Part shown: one piece after another, positions 24,825 through 36,153 of the stretch
Layout of the letters: each line of letters opens with the position of its first letter
How positions within the stretch are numbered: position 1 is the first letter of the stretch
DNA from: Scyliorhinus canicula
Taxonomy: Eukaryota
Length of the DNA: 64,000 nt
Assembly: GCF_902713615.1 (NCBI RefSeq)
Contig: NC_052146.1
Location: forward strand, 70,947,238-71,011,237
Direction of reading: 5' to 3'
Translations under genes and position numbers: made by a program
The notes under the pieces: model-generated
Told to the model about the DNA's origin: nothing
Database searches by the model: none
Seen by the model: the letters and a program-made list of their open reading frames with translations, nothing else

Positions 24825-25637
24825 GTGTGTATGACTGCTGCAGTAGTGTGTCTGAAGAATCCTAACTTCAAAGGTATGGGAGCCACAGGTTCAATTAATG
24901 CATCGTACATACTTGGGGTACTGGAATTTTGTTTTGATTAAGGGGTTTCCCTTTCGAGTTATATACATGTACTTCAGCTTGGTAACTGATGTAATTCATG
25001 GGAGGAGTTAAGTCATCGGGCATTTTGTAGAAAAGCAGTTTTAGTTGAGTTTTAGGTTGAGATGTGAGCAGACAGCATGCATCTGGTCTCACTGAAGTTC
25101 AGTTAAAGAGATGTATGTAGACAGTTAGCAGTTTCTTTCCAATCAGTTCAGAACTGTGTGAATGAAAGGTGAGCTGAAACAAACTGAGAAGTAGCTTATG
25201 AAGAAATGCATCTGGAGTTTCGACACGGTTCTGGCAGGATTCAGGACTTTCCTTTAAAACAGTCTCAAAATAAAATCTGTGTAAAGCAGGTATTCCCGAG
25301 TGCTCCCTGTATTTTAAGTGGATTGAGGGCTGAGATGCTTTTATGTTGCGTGAGTGGGAATAAATATAGCAGTTAAGGGTTACTGTGCCACTATGTTGGT
25401 TAGCATGGTACAAGGGGCGATTGGAAGCTCTTTCCTTGTTTGGTGCAAATATATTTCAATACTGTGTTGGTAATAAAGTGTATTTTATATAGCATATCTC
25501 TTATCACATCCCTATTTTCGTGGAATCACTCCTGGAGCGAGGCAGCCTTTCCTCACAGTTTTACAAACTGAAATAAAATATTGGGGTTTCTGTCCAGTAT
25601 CCAAGTCACTATTGGGGTCTCGTCTGGGATCGTAATA
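24825..25637 (+). mobile_element. Possible solo LTR
   Basis: LTR-like composition, AATAAA at ~25472, ends GGGATCGTAATA (TAACA-like). The 5' boundary and a TSD were not resolved. Confidence 0.35.
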
Positions 25638-25649
25638 TGGAATACAACT

Positions 25650-26320
25650 AGTAACGGTCTCCCCGGCTTATCACAATGTATGGTGCACACGGGGATTATT
25701 GTACACGAGTAAGGGAGGATTGTTGCATTTGTATAGAGCTTTGGCGAGAACCCACCTAGAATATTGTGTTTAGTGTTCACTCCCTACCCAAGGAAGGACG
25801 TACTCGGCAAAGAGAGAGTGCAAACAAGATTGACCAGACTAACACATGGGTTGGAATGTTTTCATCCGAGGAACGATTAAGAACACTGGGCATATGTTCT
25901 CTAGAGTTTAGAAGAGTAAGAGATGATCTAATTGAATTGTAAACAATTCTTACAGGGCTTGACAGGATAGATGCAGGACCGATAGCGGGGGGGGGGGGGG
26001 GGGGGGGACTGCGTGTTAGAACCAGGGGTCACAGTCCAGGAATAAGAGATAGGTCATTTAAAACTGAGATCGGAAGGAATTTAATCAGTAGCGGGATGTG
26101 AATCTTTGAAATTCCACATCCTAGAGGGCTGAGAGGTTCATTGAGGCTGACTGAATATGCTGAAACATATCGATACCAAATTAATTGTGGACACCAAATA
26201 ATCATGGGATAATGTGCAGCGGGGAAAATGGCATCAACTTAATTGACCTGCCACCGTCTAGTTAAATGGGAGAACCGATTCAAAGGTTTGAATGGCCAGC
26301 CCTGGTTCCTATAGTTCTAT
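25650..26320 (+). mobile_element. Degraded CR1 3' fragment
   Basis: LYRAL..PHLEYCV and EFRRVRDDL remnants plus a TTCTAT tail. Confidence 0.65.
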
Positions 26321-28792
26321 ATTCTTATTGTGTTACAATTCTCTGTGTTCTATTAACATACCAATTACCACTTAAGGAGGCTCAATGGGCTTGATGCCAC
26401 AAATGAAGGCTCTCCAATCGATTCGTCAGAACCGCACTCGCCAGCCCCCGACTAACAAGGTCGAGTAGCATTTAAACAGCTCTTTCACAGAAAACCCCAT
26501 TCAGCTCGTAGCCATGGAGCTGAGATGACCAGTCCCAAGATTTGGAGATGCAGACATGGGGAGGTTGTTAGATGTGGTCGAGGTCAGCAGGGATGTCCTG
26601 TTCCTCTGAGGGTCCCGGAGAGAGAGCCACAGGTCAGCCAGCACCACCTGGGATGAAGAGGCAGTGGCCATCAGCTCGGGCAGCGTGACCAGGAGGAGAG
26701 GCCCGCATGCCGCAAGAAGGTCAAGGACCTACACCAGGCTGCACGTGTGAGTAGGCACATCCCGATGAAACCTTCGTACCCCCATGCGAACCCCCAACCA
26801 TTCCTTCATCGCCCACCCATTCCTGCACACCACCGCAGCCCTCCTTTCAGCCCCCAACCCTCCCTTCACCACTCCAACTCTTTCAGCACATCATCCTCCC
26901 GCCATCATGGTGAACCACACATACGGCTAACTATACCCTCTCTGTGTCTCCACGGGACATACTGTCCCACAACCATCGGGAGAAGGCCCAGACAGGCGGT
27001 GGGGTGCCACTCATGGAAATCCTCACCATTCAAGGAATGGGCCCGGGAGGTTATGGGGCTGGCCGAGGACAGAGCGGTAACCAACGCAGGGGTCAGTGCA
27101 CTTTCGAATGGCGAGGAACCACTGGGCCCCACGCAGTGGACCTGCCAAACGTGAGTTGTTAATCACATACAGACTGACCCATCCCTTCCACTGGCCACTT
27201 GTACATTGTACCGCAGGATCTCCAACTGATGGCCCTGGCCCATTCGTGATTGTCTATCCCCCGGTTCCCATGAGAACACCACGGAGGAGAGCTCCGAGGA
27301 TGCCACCATCGATGCATCACAGCTGTCATCCCCACTCTCCAGCAGCACAGAAACACGCACCTCGGTGAGCAATGTTAGCGGTCAGGCTTCTGAGGCACAT
27401 TCTTGTAAGTATTTCAGTTGCTGTTGCACATCAGGTGGAGACATTAACACCCAGGTGAGACAGCATTCGGATGTCTGCTGCATCCCAGGACCCAGCTGGG
27501 TCCCAGTCAGATGCTGAGCTGGGACAGGTTTACCAAGAGCTACTGCAGACGTCAGGGTCGGCCATGACATTCAGAGGAAGATATGAATGACATGCCAGCA
27601 GGTCTATAGCCAATTAGAGGAATCGCAGAGGCTAGGGGCGCAGGAGATAGCACCGTAAATGTCTGGCACTGAGGCCAACACTGCCAATACACAGTGGAGA
27701 GACTGGTGCACAACGTCAGCAACATTAGTGGAGGTGTCCAAGGTGTGGCGCAGTCGGTGACGGCCATGGCTGGGGCCTTGATATACTGTCTAACTCGCTG
27801 GGGGACATGCCCAGTACCAGATGGACCATGATGAGGCGCGGCAGGACATGTCCCGGTCTCAGATGGACATTGGCGAGGCACTGCAGAGCATTGCCCAATC
27901 ATCGAGCTGTATTTCCAAGGTCGTTAACATGATGATGCAGACATTGTGGTGCCACCAAGTCTGGCAGGGCCAAATGACACCGGGCAGCGTGGTTCCAACC
28001 AGCTGCCCCTCTGTCCCGTGGTGTACCCTAGGGTACTATGGACACCAAGTGAGAGAGGGGGCTCTGAGTGGCAACCCTGACCCATCCAATGCACTGGCAA
28101 CGGTGGCCATCAGCTCCCGCAAGTTCCACCCATCTGACAAAGCCGCGTCTCACAGTCAGCATCTGTAACAGGGTGGTACCATTCTACAAGTCCTGCCGAC
28201 AAGTGAGCCGGGGACCTCTGGCCCCAGTGTCCCCAGAGGATGACCGCCAGGGGTACCGCAGGCCACGGGACATGGTAAGCAGCTAGCTGCCTCCTTCCTC
28301 TGATGTTCATCCTGGGGATGTACCTACTTATAGGGGTAGAGCAAGGAAGGCCAAATACGTCGAGGATCATCGAGTGGGTGTGTGCATTTGGAGGAGGACT
28401 GGTGAAGGAGGGCTTGGGGGTAAGTGGGAGGGAGCGACAGTGGGAAGAGTCGGCCGCACCAATAGGAGGATGGGGCAATCATGCAAAATTGTACAAGACA
28501 AATTTTAAAAACCCTGAACACAACCAGTATGAAGCCTCTGGCTCATTGTTCCACAATGCGGGTCAAACACCAATCCCATGCCCCTCCGGTATCCGGTAAA
28601 TTTCTCGAAATCAATTGCTCGAAAGCTAATTGCTCGAAGTCAGTTGATCGAAAAATTATTTCTCGAACTATCAATTGATCGAATGATAGATTGCTCGAAA
28701 AGCAGTACTTCAAAAAAGGTATACCCAAGATGAACAAGGTTCATTACATAAAAAAGCAACTAATAAAAAAACAATTAATTGGTTCAATAAAT

Positions 28793-28908
28793 AATACCAA
28801 CAATTACAATTCATAATTTTATTAGTCTTTACAATTTATAAAAAGTTTAAAATACCAACAATTACAATTCATAATTTTATTAGTCTTTACAATTTATAAA
28901 AAGTTTAA
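28793..28908 (+). repeat. 58-bp tandem duplication inside the MULE
   Basis: AATACCAACAATTACAATTCATAATTTTATTAGTCTTTACAATTTATAAAAAGTTTAA occurs twice. Confidence 0.95.
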
Positions 28909-28972
28909 AAGATTTTAGTAAGAAAAAAATAAAGTTAAAATTCAGGATTGCCAATATATGTTGGCTACTCCA

Positions 28973-30362
28973 TTAGTATGCAATATTGTGTGCAACACTT
29001 CTTAAATATTCTTCTACATTTCCCGTTTCGTTATATTTTGATACAATATCCTGTAATCGTTGTGCGCAGTCACGGTATTTTTTTCTGCTCACAGCTGTAC
29101 TCACACCTCCCACAAATTGTTCGATTTGCAACTCGTGTAAACTTTGCTCTCGCTTTAAGCCATCTATAAACTTCCAAATCGACGGATGACAAGCACTTAG
29201 TTGATGTTGGAAACTGTTGTGCCATTCCTCAATAGAATTGTTCATTTTCGGCAATCCTTCTTTGACGTAATCGAAACAGTTCCACATTTCATGTTTTAAT
29301 ATAGGAGTACGTCAACGGTTGTGTCTATACGGCCGACCAATCCACGTATCTTCAAAGTAATCCACTACTCCTTGAAGTTCATCTGGAAAAATCTCATTTT
29401 CAGTTAAAGATTCAAATGTTGGGTATCGGTATAAATGCCAATGCAGATAAGAGACGAGCTTTAAAAGCAAATTCGGCATTGGTGTCGTATATAAGCTTTA
29501 GGCCACTTCCTTGAATTTTTCTATAAAGGGTTTGACAAAAATGAAAAAAACACCCACGACATTTAGACATTGGAAATTCTTGTTCTATGGCCTTAATCAT
29601 GGCCATTTCAAAATCAATCATTATTGTCAATGGCTGGAATATAGGGATTTTTTCTTTTAAAGCCATCAGGAACTTCCTATACGTTTCTTCAGTCTTGTTA
29701 GGTAGCAGTGCATATACAAGGGGTATAACATTACCTGATTTCACACCATGTATTGTATACAATTGAGCAAAAATCGAGGGCACAGTTTTAAATGTTCCAT
29801 CAGCATACCAGTGCTCCGAACGTACTAAGATATTGAGATTCTTTTGGGTTGCAAAAATTAATATACGACCATTTGTGGGACCAGAGTCATAAATAAGGAA
29901 TAAATCTCCTTTGCTGGTTTTTGTAAACTCTTCAGGGATATCAAGATCGAGGTAACTAGTAGGCAAAGCATGTCCAACATTCTTTCTTGCGTGTGTATTG
30001 CGTATGGTTCTTTTCATATTTTCTACTGAAGGGAGCTTCACAGCTGCAGCACCACTTACCTCTATTGAGGCACATGATACAATATATTGCGGTGTATCTC
30101 GACTATTCATCGCATGTTCTTTCACTTTCTCCATTGCTTTAGTAGCTTCAATTCCAGCAGCTTCTCCTGCATGGTTGTGATTCCCACTTTGTTTCGTGAT
30201 ACTATCATCAATTGTGATAACACGCGCACAACATTTTCTTGTTTTGGACATTTCACATTTCCAATATATCTTATTGTTCACCGCTTTGTCCTTAATATAT
30301 AGGTGACCATCCAAACACAATTTCTTCTTTCCTTTTTCGCTCGCTATGAAACTTATATCCAT
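28973..30362 (-). pseudogene. FLYWCH-MULE transposase, nearly intact (one frameshift near 29415, one TGA near 29315)
   Basis: N-terminal FLYWCH-like domain (YWKC...C.ARV...HNH), WYADGTFK, MIDFE, GCFFHFCQ and C-terminal NNSIEEWHN. Confidence 0.9.
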
Positions 30363-31619
30363 CTTGAGGGTTCGAGGTTTTCAGAATTAATGGTATTTAG
30401 CAGTGGTGTTTAACGGTTAATTATTTATTAGTTATCGTTTAAAGAGTGAATTGTTTTGAAAGAATTGGTAATTAACGTTTAAATATTTATTAGTGATCGT
30501 TTAAAGAATGAATGTCGGCTTTCGAGCAGTCTGTCTTTCAATCAATTGATATTTCGAGAAATGATTTTACGAGCAATTGACTTCGAGCAATTAGCTTTCG
30601 AGCAATTGATTTCGAGAAATTTACCTGGAACCTGCCCCTCCCCCCCCCCCCTAGACTTGGGTCCTGGTCCACCCACCGCACCCCTCTCCCTACCCAACAC
30701 GCTGAGCCCACGCATACCCGGCCACAGTAGGGGAACCCTGCTCTCCGGACCACATACCCTGCACCCCAGACACCCAAATAGAATATTGCCAAACCTGTGG
30801 ACATGTGCCCAGGTTGGGGCCCATCCTCTGGGTGTTCGAAATTTGGCTGCTGCGCCCGTGCTTCTGCACAGTGTCCATGCATTAAATTGTGACTTGAATA
30901 CTAGGCAATGAGTCCCATCCCTGGGGAATCCAATTGGGGTGGGGGGAGGTCCTCACTGAACTATGATTGCCAATTCCCTATTAGCAATGACCTGCAGCCC
31001 CAAAGCCAGAGGCCTCAGTGGTCAGTGGGGTAGACCGGCAGGGACTAGGGTTGCGTTCGAATGGGTAGACATGATCCAGGGGTTGGTACTGAGGACCCAT
31101 GAATAGTTGCCCTGCCCACCAGCAAACCCCTCCTCATCCCCAGCCCCGATACCCAAATCCCCTCCTCCTCACCTCCTCGGTTCCCCGCATCAGCCCTTCA
31201 GCCAGGTTCACATTTTTCAAAAGGAGTAACAATCGGCCCCACGTGTGGGGAGGCCACTGGGTCACTTAAATGGTGATTATTAGTTTCTCGCCAGGCTACA
31301 CTCAGATCTCGATTTTGCGAACGGGAGCCGGTGGGTTGCATCGCAAATGGTTGGGCGCCCCTTTTTGGCTTCTCCTGCTATTCACCAGTCTCTTCGTGCT
31401 CTCGCTAGAGTGAAGCGAAGCCACTACATCGAGCCCTCTGTCTACACCTCCTGCTGCCATGGGAAAGTGGCAACATAATCAAAGACCTCACCCACCCGTG
31501 TTATTCTCACTTGCAACGTCTTCGATCCAGCAGAAGATGCAAAGATTTGACAGCAGGCACTAACAAATTCAAAAATATCTTCTTCCCCGCTGTTTTCAGA
31601 CTCCAGAACGGCCCTCTTA

Positions 31620-31856
31620 TGGACTGAACTGATCTTTCCATGCATCTTTCCTACAGTGGTAGAACTATGGTCCGCCTGCTGCACTCATGTCTATGTTCAT
31701 GTATTTACATTGTGTACATCGCGTATTTATCGTATGTTTTATGTTTTCAGGTATGGAGCGATCAGCCTGAACTGTATGCAGAACAACGTTTTCACTGTAC
31801 CTGGGTACACGTGACAATAAATCTAAATCGAAATATTCCCAATCTACACTGTTCCT
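31620..31856 (+). mobile_element. 3' tail of a LINE (family unresolved)
   Basis: Ends CACTGTACC.GGGTACACGTGACAATAAATC. Confidence 0.5.
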
Positions 31857-31899
31857 TATTTCCAGTACCAACCTTTTCACAGAGCTGCGATGAATGGCT

Positions 31900-32440
31900 C
31901 ACTCAAATACAATTACAGGACATTCAGGGTATCAAGCTCCTTTGCCAAACCATAATTGGTTGTCTTTTGGGATTTTTGGTTCTATGCAGATGCTCCATGA
32001 TATTATCTTCAATAAAATGTTCTATAATTTTCATACAAAGTACGCCAAACCTATGTATCCCATCGATTATTTTCGCTAGATTTATATAAATGTGCTTCGT
32101 CCCAGTCCCCAGACCGTCCGAGATTCGATATGTTATAGCTGATATATCAATGAATTCTGCAATTTTCTCCTTGATGTCGTTTGAAACTTTGGATGCATTC
32201 ACCTGTTCCCTGGGGTGCCCTCCTAGCATAATCACACAGCTGTTTCAGCATCATTCCTTCTCATTTGAGAATGAAAATGTAAAACCATGTGCTTTCTGAT
32301 ATCCAGGCCCAGGAGAAAGAACGGTCACAATTGTGGTGCATATCCAATGGAATAATTTTGGATCAAATTGATAATACTGCTCGGAGTGCAGTCCAGTTCC
32401 TAACAAATGACTGGCAATTTAGAAGTGAATGTTTCCACAA
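31900..32440 (-). mobile_element. Very degraded CR1 RT fragment
   Basis: Remnants of the GPDG.HP, IKD.I.EHL and QHGF motifs. Confidence 0.45.
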
Positions 32441-33321
32441 TTTAGACGAAATACACATATTCATTTATTTACTTGCCATCAACTCGTTTAAGCAGCTCAT
32501 GGATTTATTTGAAAGAAAAATACTGCGTATGCTGGAAATCTCAAATAAATACAGAAAATACTGGATTAACTCAGCAAATATGGAAGAATTTCTGGAGAGA
32601 CAACCAGAGTTATCAGTTCTAGTTCATTGGTCATTCTACAGAACCCCTGGTTCCTTGACAATGTCCATTCATCCACCAAACCCCACCTGCCATCCCAGGT
32701 CACTTCTTGGCCTCTTGTTAGCTAATGCTATAAATGGGTCTATGTCCTCCCGACATTACCTCTCTCCTGTCTTTTAATGCTGCCGTCATCACTGTCAGGA
32801 AAACTAAGGTAGCTTTAAAGGATTCATATTTGTATTGGTAAATATTAGAAATAAGGCATAGTTTAATTTAGATTTTAAGTGTAAAGAAGAGTAGATCTAT
32901 AGTTAGATTCATGCTAGACATTCGTGTTTTCATCCAGGGGATTTTGGTCTCAAATAAAACTATTGTGCTTAGAGGGGGGTTGCAGCGTAAAAAAAAACAG
33001 TGGTGGCAGAAGCATAAATTGGAAGGTTTTTTGAATTTAGTTTGTAACTGGATATATTGCAGTTGAAGATAGGAAGCCAGGGAGCGAACATCTCTCGGCT
33101 CTACCAGAAAACAAAAGCTGGAGAGGGCAACGGAGCGGCAAACAAGTAGCCTTCTGAAAGAGCCAAATAAGGTGAGGACAACCAGTGAATTGGGAGAGCA
33201 AAATGTCTTAGGAAGACAGAGGTTGAGGAAGAAACCAAGGTTAAGAAGGTACTATTCAGGCGAATTCAAGGGTGAAGCAGATAAATTGATCCGAGTTAAA
33301 GAGACAGCAGTAACTAGATTA

Positions 33322-33520
33322 GGGCTGGTTTAGCTCAGTGGGCTAGACAGCTGGTTTGTGATGCAGAACAAGGCAAGCAGCGCGGGTTCATATTCCTGTA
33401 CCAGCTGAGAATTCAGAATTATCCCTCTGTGTATCGGAACGTGACGATTACGGCTTTCCATAGTAACTTCATTGCAGTGTTAATGTCAGCCTACTTGTGA
33501 CAATAAAAGATTATTATTAT
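33322..33520 (+). mobile_element. Short tRNA-derived SINE (second family)
   Basis: GGGCTGGTTTAGCTCA head; tail AGTAACTTCATTGCAGTGTTAATG...GTGACAATAAA-(TTA)n. Relative of 52497-52646. Confidence 0.8.
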
Positions 33521-34440
33521 ATAAAGTGGGAAAGCAGACTTCAGAAGTAAATCAAATGTTTAGTGCCATCTCAATACAGTCTGGGAAATGACAGTGAAAG
33601 CAATTGTGAAGAGTTTCAAGACAAAAGTAATCCTGAAGGGAGAGGCGCAAAATCTGGAAAGAATCGTCGCTGGAAGCAGCTGAGGCAATGCATCGTTTAA
33701 GAAAAGATTAAAAAGTTTGTATTTTTGAATACGGAACTTTAAACCACTCATGCGGACGGTGGTGTTCAGTGAGACAAGGTGGGTCACGGTATAATAATCA
33801 TCTGGGGGAATTTAGACGAGAAATCCACAGAACTTCACTCGGATTGAAAGTGGGTTGCCTCTGCCACAGGGTGTCTGTGTATTTGAAGGGAATGCGTGTT
33901 GCTGAGACCACTATACCTGAAGAAGTAACCCGCGTAAACTTCAAATTTCTGTATATTCGAGAAGATAAACTCCTCATGCCTAATAAATGTTTTTTTCCTT
34001 GTTGTTAAAAACTAATAAGTGGCCCAGTGACTGTTCCTCCGCGTTTTCTAAAGAAAAAATAAACGCTACGGTCTTTTGAGCCGAGTTCCATTCTGGGAGC
34101 TCCTCTTCCAATTGTGACTCCATGCTCATTTTTATGTAATTCCAGCTTCAAATCTTTACAACCATGGTTCCGTCCGTCAAAGATTTAAAACAACCGTAAA
34201 CAATGTAACAAATTGGAACTTCCGGTTGCGGCTATGACCAGCTAAGTCGCACATTTGGCAGCTCCTGCGACAAAGGTGTTTAAGGGCCGATTGGAGGGCC
34301 CCGACGGTACTGTAAAGACGAATCCCGGTGGGGGAAGGCTCCCTGAGGAGAGTGAGACCAACTTTATGGTCGGTACTCGGAGTGGGGCGACAAAAAAAGC
34401 GGCAGCAGCTCCCCGAAAAAAGCGGGGGAAGAGGACCAAA

Positions 34441-35211
34441 ATGGCGGCCGGTGGCGCACTAGAAGATTGGAGAAAATGGGCGGAGGAGCAGCAGGCTGCT
34501 CTCCTCCGGTGTTTTACGGAGCTGAAAGTGGAACTCTTAGAGTCCATGAACGCGACGACCACAAGGCTGATGGGGGCCCAGGCGACCCAAGAGGCGTCGA
34601 TAAGAGAGCTGCAGCAGGAGATGACTGCAAGGGAGGAGGAGGCCACGGTCCTCGTGGGAAAGGTGGAGGTGCACGAGGCACTCCACCTGAAATGGCAGAG
34701 CCGCTTTGAGGAGCTGGACACTCGAATGAGGCGGAAGAACTTGAGGATCCTGGGCCTAGCAGAAGGCCTGGAGGGGCCTGATCTCCCGAAATATGTAGCG
34801 GAGATGCTGAGCTCCCTGATGGGAGAGGGGGCCGGTCCATCGCCTCTGGAGCTGGAAGAAGCATATCGGGTCATGGCTAGGCGGCCTAGGGCGAACGAGC
34901 CCCCGAGGGCGGTGCTGGTGCAATTCCAGCGTTTCTGTGATCGGGAGAAAGTGCTGAGGTGGGCCAAGAGGGAGAAAAGCAGCAAATGGGAGAATTCGAT
35001 GGTGCGGATATATCAGGACTGGAGTGCGGAGGTGGCAAAGCGGCGGGCCCGGTTTAACCGGACGAAGGCGGTGCTGCACGCAAAGAGGATCAAGTTCGGA
35101 ATGCTGCAGCCAGCGCGCTTGTGGGTCACCTACAAGGACCAGCACCATTACTTTGAGACCCCAGAGGAGGCATGGACTTTTGTTCGGGAGGAAAAGCTGG
35201 ACCTGAACTAG
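34441..35211 (+). CDS. L1 ORF1p (coiled coil, RRM, CTD), intact from the first ATG
   Basis: RRKNLRILGLAEG, LELEEAYRV, PRAVLVQF, IYQDWSAEVAKRR, QPARLWV. Confidence 0.88.
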   Translation: MAAGGALEDWRKWAEEQQAALLRCFTELKVELLESMNATTTRLMGAQATQEASIRELQQEMTAREEEATVLVGKVEVHEALHLKWQSRFEELDTRMRRKNLRILGLAEGLEGPDLPKYVAEMLSSLMGEGAGPSPLELEEAYRVMARRPRANEPPRAVLVQFQRFCDREKVLRWAKREKSSKWENSMVRIYQDWSAEVAKRRARFNRTKAVLHAKRIKFGMLQPARLWVTYKDQHHYFETPEEAWTFVREEKLDLN

Positions 35212-36153
35212 AACTTGGGAACGCCGGCGGTCGAGGCCGCCCGAGTACCCTTGACTGATCAAGTGGCCCATGTCGTTCTTAGGCCAGGTCGGAACTTGGT
35301 TAAAGTTGATGGATCGTTTGGTTTCTTTGAAACTTGTGTTATGGGGGGTTTCTTTGTTCCTTTTTGTGTGTCTCTTCCCGTTGCCAACTTCCCTTAATTA
35401 TTGTTGTTGTAGGGGGGGCTTTTTTTTTACTGTTTTTTTGATCTGTTCTTTAAGGGTTATGGTTACTGTTCTGTTCGATGGAGGGTGATGATTAAATACG
35501 TTATTATTGGGTAGTTATTTAGTTATGCAGGCATAGTTATGTATTTATGTATTTATTTGAGATTTGTTATTTATATTGTTATATTGTTAAGTTGGGGAGG
35601 CGGGACGGGGGGGGTGCAAGTTGGTTATGCGGGTTTTCTTTTTCTCTTTTTTCTTCCTCTCGTTTTAAGGGGGCTTTTTTATGGGCTTGGATGGGGACGG
35701 GGGTGGAATTGAAGATGGCGGGGTAGGGTGTGGCCGGGCGAAAGCGCGGGCTTTCCCCTGTTTCCCGCGCGCGGGACGGAGGAAGGGGGAGGAGAGAAGA
35801 GTGGGGTGTGGCCAGCAATGGCGGCTTTTCCGCGCTGAAGCGGGGTCAGAGAGGGATGGCAAGGGGGGGGGAGGCCCCTCCCCCCCCACATCGGGAGGAG
35901 TCGGAGTGTGGCAGGGGCAGCCGGGTCAGCGAAAATCAGCTGACTCTCGGGAGTACGATGGTGGATACACCGCGGCTAGGAGGGGTCCTAGCCAGGGGGG
36001 GGGGGGGGAGGGGGGTTAGGGGGGGATACCGGGTTGCTGCTGGAAAGGCCGAGGACGGGAAGGGAAGAACGGGAGGAGAGAGGGGGGGGGGCCATCGCCA
36101 TGGGGAACGGGTCAGAAGGGGAGGGTCGACCCGGGGCGAACAGGGGACAGGAC

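Larger units (their letters stand above)
28588..30632 (-). mobile_element. Mutator-like (MULE) DNA transposon, 2045 bp
   Basis: TIRs of ~110 bp (GGTATCCGGTAAATTTCTCGAAATCAATTGCTCG / GGTTCCAGGTAAATTTCTCG...) and a 9-bp TSD TGCCCCTCC (28579-28587, 30633-30641). Confidence 0.93.
26365..31436. mobile_element. PIF/Harbinger-type element, copy 2, with a spliced Myb/SANT-like accessory gene on +; interrupted by the MULE
   Basis: 26514-26746 reads M..PVPRFGDADMGRLLDVVEVSRDVLF...WDEEAVAISSGSVTRR, a Myb/SANT-like domain, followed by a GTGAGT donor. Downstream exons match copies 1 and 3. A GGGCTCGA terminus lies on minus at 31436. Confidence 0.7.

Noticed and set aside
25612-25630. tRNA-Pro PBS-like TGGGGTCTCGTCTGGGAT
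   Set aside because: No gag or pol follows. It is better read as the end of a possible solo LTR.
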